64,000 bases of DNA from an uncultured Methanosarcinaceae archaeon (GTDB taxonomy: Archaea; Halobacteriota; Methanosarcinia; Methanosarcinales; Methanosarcinaceae): contig CAVTET010000006.1 of the NCBI GenBank assembly GCA_963733675.1, forward strand, positions 96,001-160,000. Direction: 5' to 3'. Shown piece after piece: positions 62,256 to 64,000 of this stretch. Position 1 is the first letter of the stretch, and each line of letters opens with the position of its first letter. The notes beneath the pieces were generated by a model. It saw only the letters and a program-made list of their open reading frames with translations, was not told where the DNA came from and did not search any database. Both the position numbers and the translations under genes were made by a program.

Positions 62256-64000
62256 TTGAATGGCACAAACATTGCATTGGGCATTTTTTTACTATACTGG
62301 TTCTTTGTCTCCGTTCTTGACAGAAGGGGTACTCTTGAGAAGTATAGCATAAGCACTTTCGGATCACTTCCCATTCTTATGATCAGGACAACTAAAGGTC
62401 TCAAAATGTTGGATGTATTGGCTCGTCCTAAGCTTTACTGGAGAAACTTTGCAAACCTTGGAATCTTGATAATGTTTGCAGGAATGCTTTCAATGTTCCT
62501 TATCATCGTTTTATCAGACCTCACGCTCTATTCTTCCTTCCTGAATGGAAATGTGCCAGAGCCTGGAAAGTACAATTCCCCAAAAAATATTTTTCTGATC
62601 CCTGGAGTAAACGAATTCATTCCCTTCACATGGGGAATCATTGCTCTAATAGTCGCTCTTGTTGTGCACGAGTTCTCCCATGCGATTCTTTGCAGGGTTG
62701 AAGGCATAAGGGTTAAATCAATGGGAATCCTGTTTGCTCTGGTTCCAATCGGGGGTTTTGCGGAGCCTGATGATGAACAGCTTTTCGGAAAGAAGGAGAT
62801 AGTAAAAAAAGAACTGCCTCTCACAGCCACTATTGAGGAAATCGAGGAATGGGAGCAGAAAGGAAATAAATGGGGTGAATGGAAAAAAAATGAAGGATTT
62901 GAAGCAAAAAAAACCTATCTAAAGGATGAAAAGACTGTCACAAGGACTCAAAGGACGCGGATTCTTGCAAGTGGGGTTATGGCCAATTTTACCGTGGCTT
63001 TTATAGCTTTTCTCCTTTTCTTCGGGCCTGTGCTTGGGGCAATTGCACCTTTGAGTGACGCCATGGTTTTAAAAGTCAATGAAAGCTCCCCAGCTAATCT
63101 TGCAGGGATTCAGAAAGGTGTAATAATCACGCAGGTCGATGATACGAATATCACTACATCTTTAGACCTTATGACATATCTCGAAAAGGTCAAACCCGGG
63201 GTTCCTGTACGCATTCATGCCAAAAAAGACGGTCTTAGTTCTGTGTACTATTTAAATACAGCTTCAGTTTCAAGAAACGACTTTAATGGAGTGTTAGTAG
63301 GAGAGATTATTAAAGGAAGTCCAGCAGAAGCTGCAGGAATTGAAACCGGAATGGTAATTGTTCGGATAAATGACGTTAAAATGTACAGTATTGCGAGTTT
63401 CGTAAACTTCATGAAGACAACTCAGGCAAACCAGACCTTAAAGGTTGAACTGGTACCTCCTGAAAACTATGCCAGCAACATCAATAAAAATGGCACTGTT
63501 GTTTTTTATGTGAAACTATCCTCTAATTCTGTTGGAGGTCAACAAGGCTTCCTTGGAGTTCGCTACGGTAATAAAGGGATTATGGAGTGCCCTATGCTTG
63601 GAATTTCGTTAGGGATGCCACAGGCAAAGTTATATCTTGAAGCCTTAAAGCAAATACCTTCCTTACTCGCAGTGCCCGCAGGTTGGGTTATCCTTTTCGG
63701 ACTTCCTATTTATGGATTTGCAGGAGAAGGATTTCGCGGATTTTCAGGCGTAATTATGCAATTCTATCATCCTGTGGGTTGGGCAGAACCTTTAGGGGTT
63801 GGTATTTTCTGGGTCGCAAATACTTTGCTCTGGGTTGGTTGGCTGAACTTCTATGTCGGACTTTTCAACTGTCTACCTGCAGTACCCCTGGATGGAGGGT
63901 ATGTATTTAAAGATTCTATTCATTCCTTTATATATAGGCTTACAATGAATGAAGCACTATCGGGAAAGATATCAAACTCTGTAACAGCAGGATTTTCTAT
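62256..64000 (+). CDS. Site-2 (M50) membrane metalloprotease with PDZ domains; runs off the window
   Basis: aggag RBS and TTG start; HEFSH, PIGGFAEPD, GVMANF, SPA..AG PDZ repeats, FNCLPAVPLDGG. Confidence 0.92.
   Translation, partial: MNGTNIALGIFLLYWFFVSVLDRRGTLEKYSISTFGSLPILMIRTTKGLKMLDVLARPKLYWRNFANLGILIMFAGMLSMFLIIVLSDLTLYSSFLNGNVPEPGKYNSPKNIFLIPGVNEFIPFTWGIIALIVALVVHEFSHAILCRVEGIRVKSMGILFALVPIGGFAEPDDEQLFGKKEIVKKELPLTATIEEIEEWEQKGNKWGEWKKNEGFEAKKTYLKDEKTVTRTQRTRILASGVMANFTVAFIAFLLFFGPVLGAIAPLSDAMVLKVNESSPANLAGIQKGVIITQVDDTNITTSLDLMTYLEKVKPGVPVRIHAKKDGLSSVYYLNTASVSRNDFNGVLVGEIIKGSPAEAAGIETGMVIVRINDVKMYSIASFVNFMKTTQANQTLKVELVPPENYASNINKNGTVVFYVKLSSNSVGGQQGFLGVRYGNKGIMECPMLGISLGMPQAKLYLEALKQIPSLLAVPAGWVILFGLPIYGFAGEGFRGFSGVIMQFYHPVGWAEPLGVGIFWVANTLLWVGWLNFYVGLFNCLPAVPLDGGYVFKDSIHSFIYRLTMNEALSGKISNSVTAGFS

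Overview
Archaeal window from a Methanosarcina-like methanogen, judged from the 16S/23S sequence, the tRNA-Ala spacer and the rps19e-ftsY gene order. It is AT-rich and full of pseudogenes and IS remnants. 0-25 kb is a surface-glycan island: rfbCBDA, several GT2/GT4 glycosyltransferases, a dead flippase, and IS5/IS256/IS200-605 debris and MITEs. 25.3-30.2 kb is an rRNA operon (16S, tRNA-Ala, 23S, 5S). 30.5-53.4 kb is an accessory stretch: AI-2E transporter, split DUF11/PKD surface protein, a cassette bounded by a perfect 137-bp inverted repeat, a decayed Kp43-like S8 protease, HepT/MntA, IS6, a secreted (GAVPAV)14 elastin-like peptide, a U32/RlhA-like gene split at an A12 run, surE, IS5 and a UPF0280 gene. 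53.7-64 kb is core genes: rps19e, PDCD5-like, rpl39e, rpl31e, aIF6, rpl18a/LX, pfdA, ftsY, geranylgeranyl reductase, TPR protein and a site-2 protease. The most notable find is a decayed cyanobactin-like RiPP locus at 50.5-52.7 kb. A PatA/PatG-family protease gene is followed by an unannotated 65-codon precursor with an MRLPKQAKPVLR leader, a GVGQS cleavage-like motif and a Cys-rich core. Its upstream region is shared with the other S8 protease locus 14 kb away.
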